DNA of 37,704 nt. Origin: a virus. This document shows positions 1 to 8,569 of this stretch, piece after piece; the stretch's first letter is position 1; every line of letters begins with the position of its first letter. The notes below the pieces were generated by a model. The model made no database searches, was not told the DNA's origin, and saw only the letters and a list, made by a program, of their open reading frames with translations. The DNA is taken from positions 1 to 37,704 of IMG/VR virus record IMGVR_UViG_3300002461_000717. One strand, written 5' to 3'. A program made the position numbers and the translations under genes.

Positions 1-94
1 CTAAAAAAAGTTGTTAAAAAAAAGATTTGATGGTAAACAAATTTTCATGATCTCAAAATAGGAATGAAGATGGGAAAAGTATTTGGAAAAGGTG
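1..94. repeat. Terminal direct repeat, left copy (identical to 37611..37704)
   Basis: Read directly: bases 1-94 recur base-for-base at 37611-37704. Implies circular closure of the assembly or terminal redundancy. Confidence 0.95.
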
Positions 95-255
95 AATTAG
101 CTCTCTCATTGGGTAAAATACATGATTTTATCTGTAAGATAGAGAAGGGTTTAGATGATCTAGATGTAACCACTGCTGACATAGATGCAGCAATTGTAGT
201 GCTCAGAAATGCAGTAGAAAAAGAAATTAACGCTTTAAGTACAAGGGCACTATGA
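64..255 (+). CDS. Hypothetical small protein (63 aa)
   Basis: ORF track. ATGA stop/start overlap with the next ORF at 252-255. No motif recognised. Confidence 0.4.
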   Translation: MKMGKVFGKGELALSLGKIHDFICKIEKGLDDLDVTTADIDAAIVVLRNAVEKEINALSTRAL

Positions 256-767
256 ATAAAGAAGGACGACATAAAGACGGTAAATATCAAAAAGGTAGAG
301 AAGTACCCCCAGAAGAGAAAGAGAAAATAGCTCAAGCTTTGCAGGGTAATACCAATAGGCTAAAGATCAAATCTGAAGCTCTACAACAAGCTGCATTTAC
401 TGCGTATTGTGCTTGGGTATCAATGGGTAGAGATAAGAAAGGATTTGTCTTTGATTATGAAGATGAGAATGGTGTTTCAGGGTGTGTGACTCAAGGTACC
501 ATTGAGAATTATGTTAAATCACAACGCTTCAATTTAGACCCTTCACAAATGGATAGAGCAGAGTCACTTTCATACCAAGTATGGGAAGCAGCTGGTATTC
601 AAATGATGAAGGGTGAGATTGAGAAATGCCAACCAGCTATTTATCAGATGATGATGAGAAATAAATTTGGTTGGGATAGAGACAATAAGGTGTCTAATGT
701 CAATGAATCAGATGCTAAGAAATTCATGGAATTCTGTGATAGAATTGCTGAGCCACCTAAAGCATGA
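252..767 (+). CDS. Putative terminase small subunit
   Basis: Lies directly upstream of the large terminase with an ATGA overlap at 764-767. The C-terminal segment IYQMMMRNKFGWDRD resembles the conserved C-terminal motif of small terminases. Assignment by eye. Confidence 0.55.
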   Translation: MNKEGRHKDGKYQKGREVPPEEKEKIAQALQGNTNRLKIKSEALQQAAFTAYCAWVSMGRDKKGFVFDYEDENGVSGCVTQGTIENYVKSQRFNLDPSQMDRAESLSYQVWEAAGIQMMKGEIEKCQPAIYQMMMRNKFGWDRDNKVSNVNESDAKKFMEFCDRIAEPPKA

Positions 768-2050
768 GTTTCCCCCTCTCTGCTAAGCAACTTGATTCTT
801 TCAAGAATTCAAATGCAAAGATCAACATCTGGGAAGGATCTGTCAGAGCTGGCAAAACATATGTCAGTCTCTGGCGGTTCCTTAAAGAGGTGCAATTTGG
901 GCCTCAAGGGGAATATGCATTCATTACCCGCACATATGACTCATTTAAGCGTAATATATTGCCTCAGCTAGAGCGTATGATTGGCATAGATGCCAAGTAT
1001 TATGGTGGTAAAAGAGAGATCCATATATGGGGGAGGAAATGCCACATAATTGGAGCAGATGATGAAAGAGCAGAGAGCAAGATTAGAGGATCAACCTTTG
1101 CTGGAGCTTATGTAGATGAACTTAGCATCATTCCTGAAGTGGTATTCAAGATGCTCATTTCCCGTTGTGTAATGGGAGGAGCTAGGATATTTGCCACTAC
1201 CAACCCAGATTCTCCATTCCATTGGGCAAAGCGTGATTATCTCACTGATAATCCAGATGTATTGTCATGGAAATTCACTTTGGATGATAACCCAGAGCTT
1301 CAAGAGCTAGAGAAAGATTATCTAAAACGTCAATACCGTGGTATGTGGTATCAGCGTTTCATTGAGGGTAAATGGGTACAAGCTGAGGGTGCAATCTATG
1401 ACTTCTTTGAAGAGAAATTACATGTATTAGACTACCCTTTAACCAGGGCAGATCACTACATCTGTGGCATTGATTATGGAACTAGCAATGCATGCGCCTT
1501 TGTGCTAATTGGGATTAACCATGATTCATACCCCAACATATGGGTAGAGGATGAATACTACTATGACTCCAACATTCACCAGCGTTCTAAGACAGATGCG
1601 GAATATGCTGCGGATCTTGACAATTTCCTTAAGTTTAAGCATATACGCGCTATTTATCTTGATCCTTCCGCTGCTTCTTTTAGGGCTGAACTTCTTAGAG
1701 CTGGTATACACAATCTATTTGATGCTCAAAATGAGGTCATTAATGGCATACGCTTGGTGTCAACGTATCTATCATCAGGTACGCTTAAAATAACCCGTAG
1801 ATGCAAGAAGTTGATTGAAGAGATACAATCATACGTGTGGGATCCAAAGTGTCTTAAAACAGGCGTGGACAAGCCTAAGAAGCAAAATGATCATGCCCTG
1901 GATGCAATGAGGTATGCTCTATATAGCCACTATTTTAATAAGTCCACAGACCGTCTAACACCGGGAGACATTGATAAGATGCGTCAAGAGGCTTATCAGT
2001 CAGGGCCTAACTTGCCTAGGTTCTTCCAAGACCCTATTGACATGCGTTAG
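764..2050 (+). CDS. terL: Terminase large subunit (PBSX/Terminase_3-6-like)
   Basis: Walker A-like GSVRAGKT, Walker B AYVDEL, coupling motif ATTNPD, and nuclease acidic motifs GIDYGTSN and DHALDAMRY. Size 428 aa. Confidence 0.93.
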   Translation: MSFPLSAKQLDSFKNSNAKINIWEGSVRAGKTYVSLWRFLKEVQFGPQGEYAFITRTYDSFKRNILPQLERMIGIDAKYYGGKREIHIWGRKCHIIGADDERAESKIRGSTFAGAYVDELSIIPEVVFKMLISRCVMGGARIFATTNPDSPFHWAKRDYLTDNPDVLSWKFTLDDNPELQELEKDYLKRQYRGMWYQRFIEGKWVQAEGAIYDFFEEKLHVLDYPLTRADHYICGIDYGTSNACAFVLIGINHDSYPNIWVEDEYYYDSNIHQRSKTDAEYAADLDNFLKFKHIRAIYLDPSAASFRAELLRAGIHNLFDAQNEVINGIRLVSTYLSSGTLKITRRCKKLIEEIQSYVWDPKCLKTGVDKPKKQNDHALDAMRYALYSHYFNKSTDRLTPGDIDKMRQEAYQSGPNLPRFFQDPIDMR

Positions 2051-2354
2051 TAGACTTTAGGGAATGAATCATTGCTTCATGACCTAATTTTGCCTCTTCA
2101 AGGGTTTCATACCGCATGATTTCTAATTCAAGATGGTCTTCTGCTATGACAGCGGTTTCAAAATAGCCATTAAATCTTAGTCCTTTCTCTGTGTAGATTA
2201 GAGAAGGAATTCCTATCCATACAGTTGAGATGAACTTATCTCCATAGTGTTCTTGTTTCACAATGCGGTATTTGTAATCTTCAAAGAGTTCTCCCCATTG
2301 CTGCACAGTGAGAGGCTTTCCCTCTTTGTCTCTATATATGAAATGACTATTCAT
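2034..2354 (-). CDS. Hypothetical protein (106 aa)
   Basis: ORF track. Its ATG overlaps the stop of the upstream small ORF (ATGA at 2351-2354). Convergent with terL. Confidence 0.6.
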   Translation of the reverse strand: MNSHFIYRDKEGKPLTVQQWGELFEDYKYRIVKQEHYGDKFISTVWIGIPSLIYTEKGLRFNGYFETAVIAEDHLELEIMRYETLEEAKLGHEAMIHSLKSTNACQ

Positions 2355-2521
2355 TTGTTCTTATGAGCTTCTTTCCTGATGATATCTGTCAGGGTTTGAT
2401 TGATCTCTGCAATCTTTTGCAACTCAATCACTAGACGTGCTTGTAGGTAATTCATCCTAAAATGTAAAACCACAATGTGAAGACACATCATGGCAAGCAA
2501 TAGGAAAGAGTGCGTCTTCAT
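2351..2521 (-). CDS. Small hydrophobic protein (56 aa), below the ORF-track cutoff
   Basis: Hand translation MKTHSFLLLAMMCLHIVVLHF...KEAHKNK. ATGA overlaps at both ends (2518-2521 and 2351-2354) indicate translational coupling. The N-terminus is hydrophobic. Confidence 0.45.
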   Translation of the reverse strand: MKTHSFLLLAMMCLHIVVLHFRMNYLQARLVIELQKIAEINQTLTDIIRKEAHKNK

Positions 2522-2799
2522 ATTACTTCCTGGGGAAAGATTTTGCTTAATGGAATGATTTCTTCAGGTGCATCAGGCATAGGCATCCAATAAAGCACTT
2601 CAAATTCTATAGTTTTTAGCAAAATATTAGACCATCCTTTCTTTGGATCAAATCCACAGCTGATAACCATATCTACCGGGCTAGTCATAGACTGACCATA
2701 GCCATGCAGATGATCTGTGCCAATGGTTCTCCAGAATTTGACAATACACAAATATTCACCTGCTTTTGGTGTTCCAATATCAACGCTCTTCCAACTCAT
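2518..2799 (-). CDS. DUF551-like protein, paralogue E
   Basis: N-terminal MSWKSVDIGTPK and C-terminal YWMPMPDAP match the pattern shared by the paralogue set. GAGGA Shine-Dalgarno present. Confidence 0.7.
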   Translation of the reverse strand: MSWKSVDIGTPKAGEYLCIVKFWRTIGTDHLHGYGQSMTSPVDMVISCGFDPKKGWSNILLKTIEFEVLYWMPMPDAPEEIIPLSKIFPQEVI

Positions 2800-3012
2800 T
2801 TAATCCTCTTTTGGTGGTATAGGTAAGGGCATCCAGTATCTTACTGGAGCTGTAATATTCCATTTACAGCAATCTTGTTTAGCACATATCACCCAATGCT
2901 CATTGTATTCAATATCATTTGGCATATAGGCTATGTATATTCTCTGTGTGTCATAGGCCAATACATTAACATTAGGGGGTGGCAATTCAACATCAGCATC
3001 AATCCATTTCAT
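2800..3012 (-). CDS. DUF551-like protein, paralogue D (track ORF extends to 3030 via TTG)
   Basis: MKWIDADVELPPP ... RYWMPLPIPP. The ATG at 3012 aligns with the other paralogue N-termini. Confidence 0.7.
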   Translation of the reverse strand: MKWIDADVELPPPNVNVLAYDTQRIYIAYMPNDIEYNEHWVICAKQDCCKWNITAPVRYWMPLPIPPKED

Positions 3013-3019
3013 AAATAAC

Positions 3020-3202
3020 CTAATCCTCAAAATCTTTCCAATATACTACGTCATGAATCTGACATTTTTCACAACATGGGCAATTGCAATACCATTTACC
3101 ATCTTGATGCAGATATCCTAGATAGGTATCATCATAATCTGTTAAAATAAGAACAAGGTTGGTAAAGAGAGGTAGTCTGTCTTCTACACTAATCCAATTC
3201 AT
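3020..3202 (-). CDS. DUF551-like protein, paralogue C (Cys-rich, truncated C-terminal motif)
   Basis: MNWISVEDRLP ... VVYWKDF. GGAG lies 4-5 nt upstream of the ATG. Confidence 0.65.
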   Translation of the reverse strand: MNWISVEDRLPLFTNLVLILTDYDDTYLGYLHQDGKWYCNCPCCEKCQIHDVVYWKDFED

Positions 3203-3416
3203 CAGGCTCCTTATGTAATGGTATCCAGTGAGTTGGTTTTAAAGTGCAGTTGTAATCTTTTTTAATAGTCCATCCCCACGCTTCATTATATGCATCAATA
3301 TCATATAAGGTAAAAATAGCTTCACCTTCAAAATATTCATCAGGTGCATAATCTGCTTTTATCTTTACTAATTGATTGGATTTTGGAAGTCTATTCTTAA
3401 CACTAATCCATTTCAT
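3189..3416 (-). CDS. DUF551-like protein, paralogue B (track ORF extends to 3428 via TTG)
   Basis: MKWISVKNRLPK ... THWIPLHKEP. GGAG lies 6 nt upstream of the ATG at 3416. Confidence 0.7.
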   Translation of the reverse strand: MKWISVKNRLPKSNQLVKIKADYAPDEYFEGEAIFTLYDIDAYNEAWGWTIKKDYNCTLKPTHWIPLHKEPDELD

Positions 3417-3606
3417 CTCTTTCTCCAAAGTTTGGGTGCTTTAATTGGAACATCCAGACGCTTGCTTTCCTTGAGAGAATACTAGCTAATTTCTCTAATT
3501 CACTGTTGATTAATATCATGAAAGTTTCACGTGTATGCTCCGCAACACCATCAAAGGCCTCTTCATTGAGCTCAATTTTCATGATGATCTCTAAAGGCTT
3601 AGTCAT
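3403..3606 (-). CDS. Hypothetical protein (67 aa)
   Basis: ORF track. Overlaps both neighbours in a tightly packed same-strand array. Confidence 0.5.
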   Translation of the reverse strand: MTKPLEIIMKIELNEEAFDGVAEHTRETFMILINSELEKLASILSRKASVWMFQLKHPNFGERDEMD

Positions 3607-3883
3607 CTTCTTTATCTTTCTGGATTATATTGAATTCTAAATCCTGAATGCCTTCTTTTACTCCCTTTTGGATGGAGTCATAGAAATCCGCACACGGCAT
3701 ATGTGTGGCATGAGTGAATAATGCCCAGAAAGCATCATAAACACCCTCTCTAATAGATTCCAGAAAAGGTTCCCTAATAATATCTCCCGTATGACCATCT
3801 CCAGATTCAGTCATTGTAAGAAGAGCGTCTTGCACTCCCATTCTAACAGCTTGAAGATATTCTTCTTTGGTTAATTCTTTCAT
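3599..3883 (-). CDS. Hypothetical protein (94 aa)
   Basis: ORF track. ATGA-type overlap with the upstream phosphoesterase gene at 3880-3883. Confidence 0.6.
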   Translation of the reverse strand: MKELTKEEYLQAVRMGVQDALLTMTESGDGHTGDIIREPFLESIREGVYDAFWALFTHATHMPCADFYDSIQKGVKEGIQDLEFNIIQKDKEDD

Positions 3884-4557
3884 AATTCTATCCTAACTGG
3901 TTTATTTACAGGTTGATATCTCTCATTCACATGAGATGCGTTCACATAAATTGGGTAACCATCCAGATCAATGAATCCAAGATTTGGCCTTTTCATACCA
4001 TATGATTCATGAATATGACCAAATACATGTAACTTAGGCTGATGCATTTGTGAATAATAAAGGAGACTGTGACTACCTACATGCTCAATTTTATCACATT
4101 GGTGTCCTTCAATGAATGTGTCTCTTATCACTTCATCAAAAATCCCATAAGGAGGTTCATGCGTAATTAAAATATCAATATGTGGAGGAATCATGCTCCA
4201 TTTCTCCTCTAATTCTTGCTCACTATCTAACGTAAATGCTTTGCAATGGGGATTCATTCCTTCAAATGTCTTTGTCCAAGGAGATCCCCATATTTTATAT
4301 CCCATAAATTCCGTACCAGAATCCTGAAGATATTCATAATAACCTAGATTTATTGGAAATTCACCCACAAGATAGTTGTCATGATTTCCCCCAATAATGA
4401 TTCTTTTTGTGTAATTTTGTTGTGCTAACCACGAAAAAAAAGAATTCCAGTTCTCAGGCATTTCATTACGGACAAGATCTCCAGCAACAATCAGAAGGTC
4501 TCCTCCTTCCAGTTCCGGATAAAAACCGTGTAAATCTGAGATGCAATCTATGATCAT
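3880..4557 (-). CDS. Calcineurin-like metallophosphoesterase (Ser/Thr phosphatase-like)
   Basis: Ordered motifs SDLHG (DxH), AGDL (GD), GGNHD (GNHD/E), ITHEPP and FGHIHE (GHxH). Confidence 0.88.
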   Translation of the reverse strand: MIIDCISDLHGFYPELEGGDLLIVAGDLVRNEMPENWNSFFSWLAQQNYTKRIIIGGNHDNYLVGEFPINLGYYEYLQDSGTEFMGYKIWGSPWTKTFEGMNPHCKAFTLDSEQELEEKWSMIPPHIDILITHEPPYGIFDEVIRDTFIEGHQCDKIEHVGSHSLLYYSQMHQPKLHVFGHIHESYGMKRPNLGFIDLDGYPIYVNASHVNERYQPVNKPVRIEL

Positions 4558-4886
4558 TTTTCTTTCCTAATACCACGTATCATCATGCCCATAAATTCCT
4601 CATGCGAAGCTGGATCAACTCTTTGCAATTCATCAAATGTCCTCGGCTCACTCTCATCAATTGCTAGTCTCATATATCCTGTACATCCTTGTGGCAAATC
4701 CATTTGCATCCAATAGTCTGGAACATCTGTAGAAATTGCTTCTTTTCCGCCATAGACAAATTCCAAATAGTAGTCTTTACCTTGGTAATTTATCCTGCGT
4801 GCAATCCAAACATCTCCTTTCCTAAAGCAGACAATTTTCAGGCCTTGCGGAGGAAGGTTGTATTTGCTGAATTTAATCCATTCCAT
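4554..4886 (-). CDS. DUF551-like N-terminal domain protein, paralogue A, with extra C-terminal extension (track start 4892 is GTG)
   Basis: MEWIKFSKYNLPPQG ... DYWMQMDLPQG. AGGTGA Shine-Dalgarno before the ATG at 4886. ATGA overlap at 4554-4557. Confidence 0.65.
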   Translation of the reverse strand: MEWIKFSKYNLPPQGLKIVCFRKGDVWIARRINYQGKDYYLEFVYGGKEAISTDVPDYWMQMDLPQGCTGYMRLAIDESEPRTFDELQRVDPASHEEFMGMMIRGIRKEK

Positions 4887-4932
4887 GATCACCTATTTAT
4901 GAATGCCACTGCTATAATTAGCACTACTAGAA

Positions 4933-5160
4933 CTATGCAGGTTTGCCATGTGATTTCCATTCCATTTCCTTGTCCTGAATTGCTTTATCTAGATTGGCTA
5001 AGAAAAAACCCAATGCATTTTGTGTGAGATAAGGGCCATATTCACTGATACATTTTCTGATATGAGGAAATAAAAGGGACTGTACTGCCTCAATTTGGGT
5101 GATATATTCTATTTCTTCCTCAGTCAAATTCATCTGCATGCTCCTCTTTATGGTTTTCAT
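4933..5160 (-). CDS. Hypothetical protein (75 aa)
   Basis: ORF track. Same-strand array; no motif recognised. Confidence 0.5.
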   Translation of the reverse strand: MKTIKRSMQMNLTEEEIEYITQIEAVQSLLFPHIRKCISEYGPYLTQNALGFFLANLDKAIQDKEMEWKSHGKPA

Positions 5161-5500
5161 ACAGAATCTTTATCACTTCTTTGAATTTCCTGCGCGTATA
5201 TTCTTCCATCTGCTCATTTTCACACATCTTATAGGAGGGGAATTTCATTCTTTCAATCTCATTTTCTGGATGAGCTGACATCAATGCACACATATTTCCG
5301 CTTGTGATAGCCATAGCATATTTGACCATAGCTGGAAGTTCTATATTCTGGTCATAAAATATCTCAGCAATAAATTGCGTAAGCGTAGCGCTCATTCCCA
5401 AAGCTGTCATGAGACCATCAAGCATTTGCTCTTCATTCTTGTGGATTAATTTGATTTTTGCTTTGAGTTCTTTTTCTTTGTCCTCAACAGAATGAGCCAT
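5120..5500 (-). CDS. Hypothetical protein (126 aa), first gene of the leftward block
   Basis: ORF track. Divergent from the portal gene. Confidence 0.55.
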   Translation of the reverse strand: MAHSVEDKEKELKAKIKLIHKNEEQMLDGLMTALGMSATLTQFIAEIFYDQNIELPAMVKYAMAITSGNMCALMSAHPENEIERMKFPSYKMCENEQMEEYTRRKFKEVIKILYENHKEEHADEFD

Positions 5501-5512
5501 GCAAATCCTTTT

Positions 5513-5541
5513 TTGAAATTTAAAGTTAAAAGCTTTATTGT
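5513..5541 (+). promoter_or_regulatory. Sigma70-like promoter candidate upstream of portal
   Basis: TTGAAA (5513-5518), 17 nt spacer, TATTGT (5536-5541), in a 71-bp divergent intergenic region. Confidence 0.4.
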
Positions 5542-5571
5542 AAAGGAAATATTAGAAAATCAGGCTTCTTC

Positions 5572-7617
5572 ATGACATTATTTCCTCAACTTTCTGACTC
5601 TTACTATGTTGATAATGACCATAATATCCTAAAACTGATGGACTACACTTATGCCAAATACATCACAATCAATCAATCATTTTGGAGTGAAGCAGACATA
5701 GACAACCGCTTCAAAGCTGGGGATCAAACACTTTGGAATGATATTTATGGGAATTTACCAGCATTTAGGCGCAGGCAATTTAATTTCAACCGCATTAGGC
5801 GTGTTGTTAACATGATTTCTGGATATCAACGCCAGCATAGGAAATCAATTGTAGCTGTACCTGTAGAGGCAAGTCATCAAGAAACATCTGATCAATTCAG
5901 CAAACTTTTAATCCATGCAAATACACGTGGTCAAGTTTTAGAGACAATTTCTGAGGCATTTGAAGGTGCATTAACCACTGGTATGAATATGCTTTCTGTG
6001 TGGATGGATTTCAGAAGAGATCCCGTAAATGGAGAAATTCAGGTAGATAACGTCTCCTATAATGGCTATTTAATTGATCCATATTTCAAGCGTATGGACT
6101 TAACAGATTGCAACTCAATATGGACTAGAAAATATCTAAGCCGCACTCAAGTCCAAGCTCTAATCCCTGATAGGGAAGCTGAAATTAGAGGAATGAGAGG
6201 ATGGGGAAATAGAGATGGCAAATTCCAATTTATGCCAGAATCTTATAATTACGGAATGCAAGATCTGCTAATTTATGATGAATTTTGGTACATGGACACA
6301 CGCAAGCAAAAAATGCTATGTGATCCAGAAACAGGTGAGGTTTATGAATGGAGAGGACAAGATGATGACCTTAATTATTTTAAGCGTTTGTTTCCTAACA
6401 TTGTGGTACTTGACCAGGAAATCCCCACAGTAAAATTAGCAATTGTTGTTCAAGGTAAGGTAATGTATCACGGGCCAAATCCTCTTGGTATTGACCGTTA
6501 TCCATTTGTTCCAGTATGGGCTTATTATGAACCTCAAATCCCTTATTTCCCTTGGAGAGTGCAAGGAGTTGTGCGCGGAATCCGGGATGCGCAATATTTA
6601 TATAACAGGCGCAAAATAATTGAATTAGATATACTAGAATCTCAAATTAATTCAGGTTTTATATATAAAGAGAATGCGTTAGTTAATCCAAAAGATGTAT
6701 TTCTTCAAGGTCAAGGAAGAGGGTTAGCTATCAAGGCAGAAGCTAATATTGCAGATGTTGTTCCTATTCAACCGCCAGGTATTCAACCATCTATGATGCA
6801 ATTGTCTCAGCTATTAGGTGAAGAAATAAGCCAAATATCTGGCGTTAATGAAGAATTGCTAGGCAGTGCAACTGATGATAAAGCGGCTATTTTGGGAATG
6901 TTACGCCAAGGTGCAGGCCTTACCACATTGCAGGTGCTATTTGATAATTTAGACCAATCTTTGAAGCTTCTAGGTAATGTTGAAATGTCATTAATGCAGC
7001 AGAATTGGACACCAGGTAAGGTACGTAGAATCTTAGGACAAGAGCCTTCACAAGAGTTTTATAACCGTGCATTTGGCAAATATGATGCTGTAGTGGAAGA
7101 AGGCTTAAATACATCAACACAAAGACAAATGCAATTTGCGCAACTGCTTCAAATGCGTGAAATTGGCATTGAAATTCCAGCAGAAATGCTAATCAAATCC
7201 TCTACATTGCAGGAGAAAAATGAACTCATTGAAGCCATGCAACAACAGCAGCAACAGCAACAACAATTGGCACAGCAACAACAACAAGTACAAATGCAGG
7301 TGTTGCAGGCCCAAATTGAAGACCTCAAATCTAGAGCAATGGCTAACCAAGGACTTGGCGTTGAAAGGATATCGCGTATTGAGGAGAACAGAGCATTGGC
7401 AGTTGAAAGAATTGCAGAGGCCCAAAAAGACCGCGATATGGGTACATTGGATCGCATTAAAGCGGTTAAAGAACTAACGGACATTGACCTAAATCAAATT
7501 GAAAAGGCCATACAAATCATCCGTACTATTCAAGAAGCTCAGGTGAGAGAAAGTGTTCAATCAGAAGAGAAAGTCAAGCAAGATAGACCTTTGGAACAAG
7601 CGCAAATGCAAGCATAG
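5572..7617 (+). CDS. Portal protein with long C-terminal coiled-coil/poly-Q tail
   Basis: 681 aa, the largest head-module protein, near the terminase. The N-terminal two-thirds looks portal-like by eye. The C-terminal helical Q/E-rich segment resembles the barrel of P22-type portals. Confidence 0.75.
   Translation: MTLFPQLSDSYYVDNDHNILKLMDYTYAKYITINQSFWSEADIDNRFKAGDQTLWNDIYGNLPAFRRRQFNFNRIRRVVNMISGYQRQHRKSIVAVPVEASHQETSDQFSKLLIHANTRGQVLETISEAFEGALTTGMNMLSVWMDFRRDPVNGEIQVDNVSYNGYLIDPYFKRMDLTDCNSIWTRKYLSRTQVQALIPDREAEIRGMRGWGNRDGKFQFMPESYNYGMQDLLIYDEFWYMDTRKQKMLCDPETGEVYEWRGQDDDLNYFKRLFPNIVVLDQEIPTVKLAIVVQGKVMYHGPNPLGIDRYPFVPVWAYYEPQIPYFPWRVQGVVRGIRDAQYLYNRRKIIELDILESQINSGFIYKENALVNPKDVFLQGQGRGLAIKAEANIADVVPIQPPGIQPSMMQLSQLLGEEISQISGVNEELLGSATDDKAAILGMLRQGAGLTTLQVLFDNLDQSLKLLGNVEMSLMQQNWTPGKVRRILGQEPSQEFYNRAFGKYDAVVEEGLNTSTQRQMQFAQLLQMREIGIEIPAEMLIKSSTLQEKNELIEAMQQQQQQQQQLAQQQQQVQMQVLQAQIEDLKSRAMANQGLGVERISRIEENRALAVERIAEAQKDRDMGTLDRIKAVKELTDIDLNQIEKAIQIIRTIQEAQVRESVQSEEKVKQDRPLEQAQMQA
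7240..7287 (+). repeat. CAA/CAG trinucleotide tract encoding Q9-LA-Q5 inside the portal gene
   Basis: Read directly: caacaacagcagcaacagcaacaacaa ttggca cagcaacaacaacaa. Confidence 0.9.
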
Positions 7618-7782
7618 ACCAAGATGCGTTACTGGCTGTATCATAGGTAGATTGAGAATTTGGCTAGCAAAAAAGCAAGGAAATGTAAGAGAAAAGCAAA
7701 GGGATGAAAAATTAATATAAAAAAATTTTCTCAATAGTGTAAAGTGAATATTTTAAAGGTTAAGATTAAAGGAGACCTTGTT

Positions 7783-8061
7783 ATGAAAAAAGCTCATATG
7801 AAAGCTATGCATCATTCACATGAATCTCACAAACGTTCACATGGCGGCGATATGGCTGTAGGTCATGGGGTTTCTGAGAGAGAAGGTGCACCAATGGGAC
7901 ACGGAGAATTTGCAAATATGCCTCAAGGCGTGCATATGTCTCAGTATCCAAAACCTCCTGCTCAAAGAGGACACGTTTTAGATGATACAATGGCTGAAAT
8001 TGATCGCTGCAATCACCATGCAGAGCGTCAAGAAAGCAGATTCCTCTCTCATCAACACTAA
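7783..8061 (+). CDS. His-rich small protein with GxGxFANMP motif (track ORF starts 7744 at GTG)
   Basis: AAAGGAG Shine-Dalgarno before the ATG at 7783. By hand count, 14 His in 92 aa. Motif PMGHGEFANMPQG. Confidence 0.55.
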   Translation: MKKAHMKAMHHSHESHKRSHGGDMAVGHGVSEREGAPMGHGEFANMPQGVHMSQYPKPPAQRGHVLDDTMAEIDRCNHHAERQESRFLSHQH

Positions 8062-8070
8062 TAGGTAAAT

Positions 8071-8289
8071 ATGAAGCCAAAGCTCAGAGCAAATCAGGAA
8101 GCGAACTATGAGTTCTACCAGACGCGTAGCCCAGATGTGCCAATGGGTCAAGGCTCATTTGCTAACATGCCTGTTGATCCAATGATTACCACATTTTCCC
8201 GTGAACATGAACATAGAGATGGCATTACTAACAGCTTTACGGCTGATGTGCAATGGGTGTCCAAAGTATCTGAGAACAGGAAATCATAA
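8071..8289 (+). CDS. Small protein sharing the GxGxFANMP motif
   Basis: PMGQGSFANMPVD parallels the preceding ORF. Confidence 0.55.
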   Translation: MKPKLRANQEANYEFYQTRSPDVPMGQGSFANMPVDPMITTFSREHEHRDGITNSFTADVQWVSKVSENRKS

Positions 8290-8290
8290 G

Positions 8291-8422
8291 ATGGTAATGA
8301 TTAGACCAGGTGGAAAGGCAAAAAGTATTGCTGTAAAAGTGATGAAAGGAAAAGGCATTAAGGTGCCTACTGCCACCTCACAAAAAATGAAACCATTAAC
8401 TCAACCCTATTTACAACATTAG
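8291..8422 (+). CDS. Possible 43-aa basic protein
   Basis: An in-frame ATG lies 2 nt after the previous stop (MVMIRPGGKAKSIAVKVMKGKG...). The longer track ORF 8201..8422 would overlap the previous gene. Confidence 0.3.
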   Translation: MVMIRPGGKAKSIAVKVMKGKGIKVPTATSQKMKPLTQPYLQH

Positions 8423-8428
8423 GAAGCA

Positions 8429-8569
8429 ATGAAAAAACAGTCAAAAATTGCACGCATGGATGAACATCTTGGAATGAAAGATGGCAAGGAATCAAAAAAA
8501 GAGCAAAGCATGGAAGCGCGTAGACATGAGTCAAAAGGTGCTAAGAAAAAAATGAAGAAGAAGAAATGA
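8429..8569 (+). CDS. Possible 46-aa highly charged protein
   Basis: AGGAAG lies before the ATG. Translation MKKQSKIARMDEHLGMKDGKESKKEQSMEARRHESKGAKKKMKKKK. ATGA overlap with the next ORF at 8566-8569. Confidence 0.4.
   Translation: MKKQSKIARMDEHLGMKDGKESKKEQSMEARRHESKGAKKKMKKKK

Noticed and set aside
45-335. 96-aa minus-strand ORF across the terminal repeat and the start of the terminase operon
   Set aside because: It is antisense to two well-supported, coupled plus-strand ORFs, has a low-complexity Phe/Ser/Leu-rich translation typical of shadow frames in AT-rich DNA, and has no Shine-Dalgarno.
4689-5027. 112-aa plus-strand ORF
   Set aside because: It is antisense to the DUF551-like gene 4554-4886 and ORF 4933-5160, and no motif or ribosome-binding site is visible.
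7149-7484. Three ORFs (7149-7484 minus, 7189-7425 minus, 7220-7477 plus) with poly-Cys, poly-Leu or poly-Asn runs
   Set aside because: They are artefacts of reading the portal CAA/CAG repeat in other frames or on the other strand.
8201-8290. N-terminal extension of track ORF 8201-8422
   Set aside because: It overlaps the 3' half of the motif-bearing ORF 8071-8289 in another frame. Only the part from the ATG at 8291 is kept, as a low-confidence small gene.
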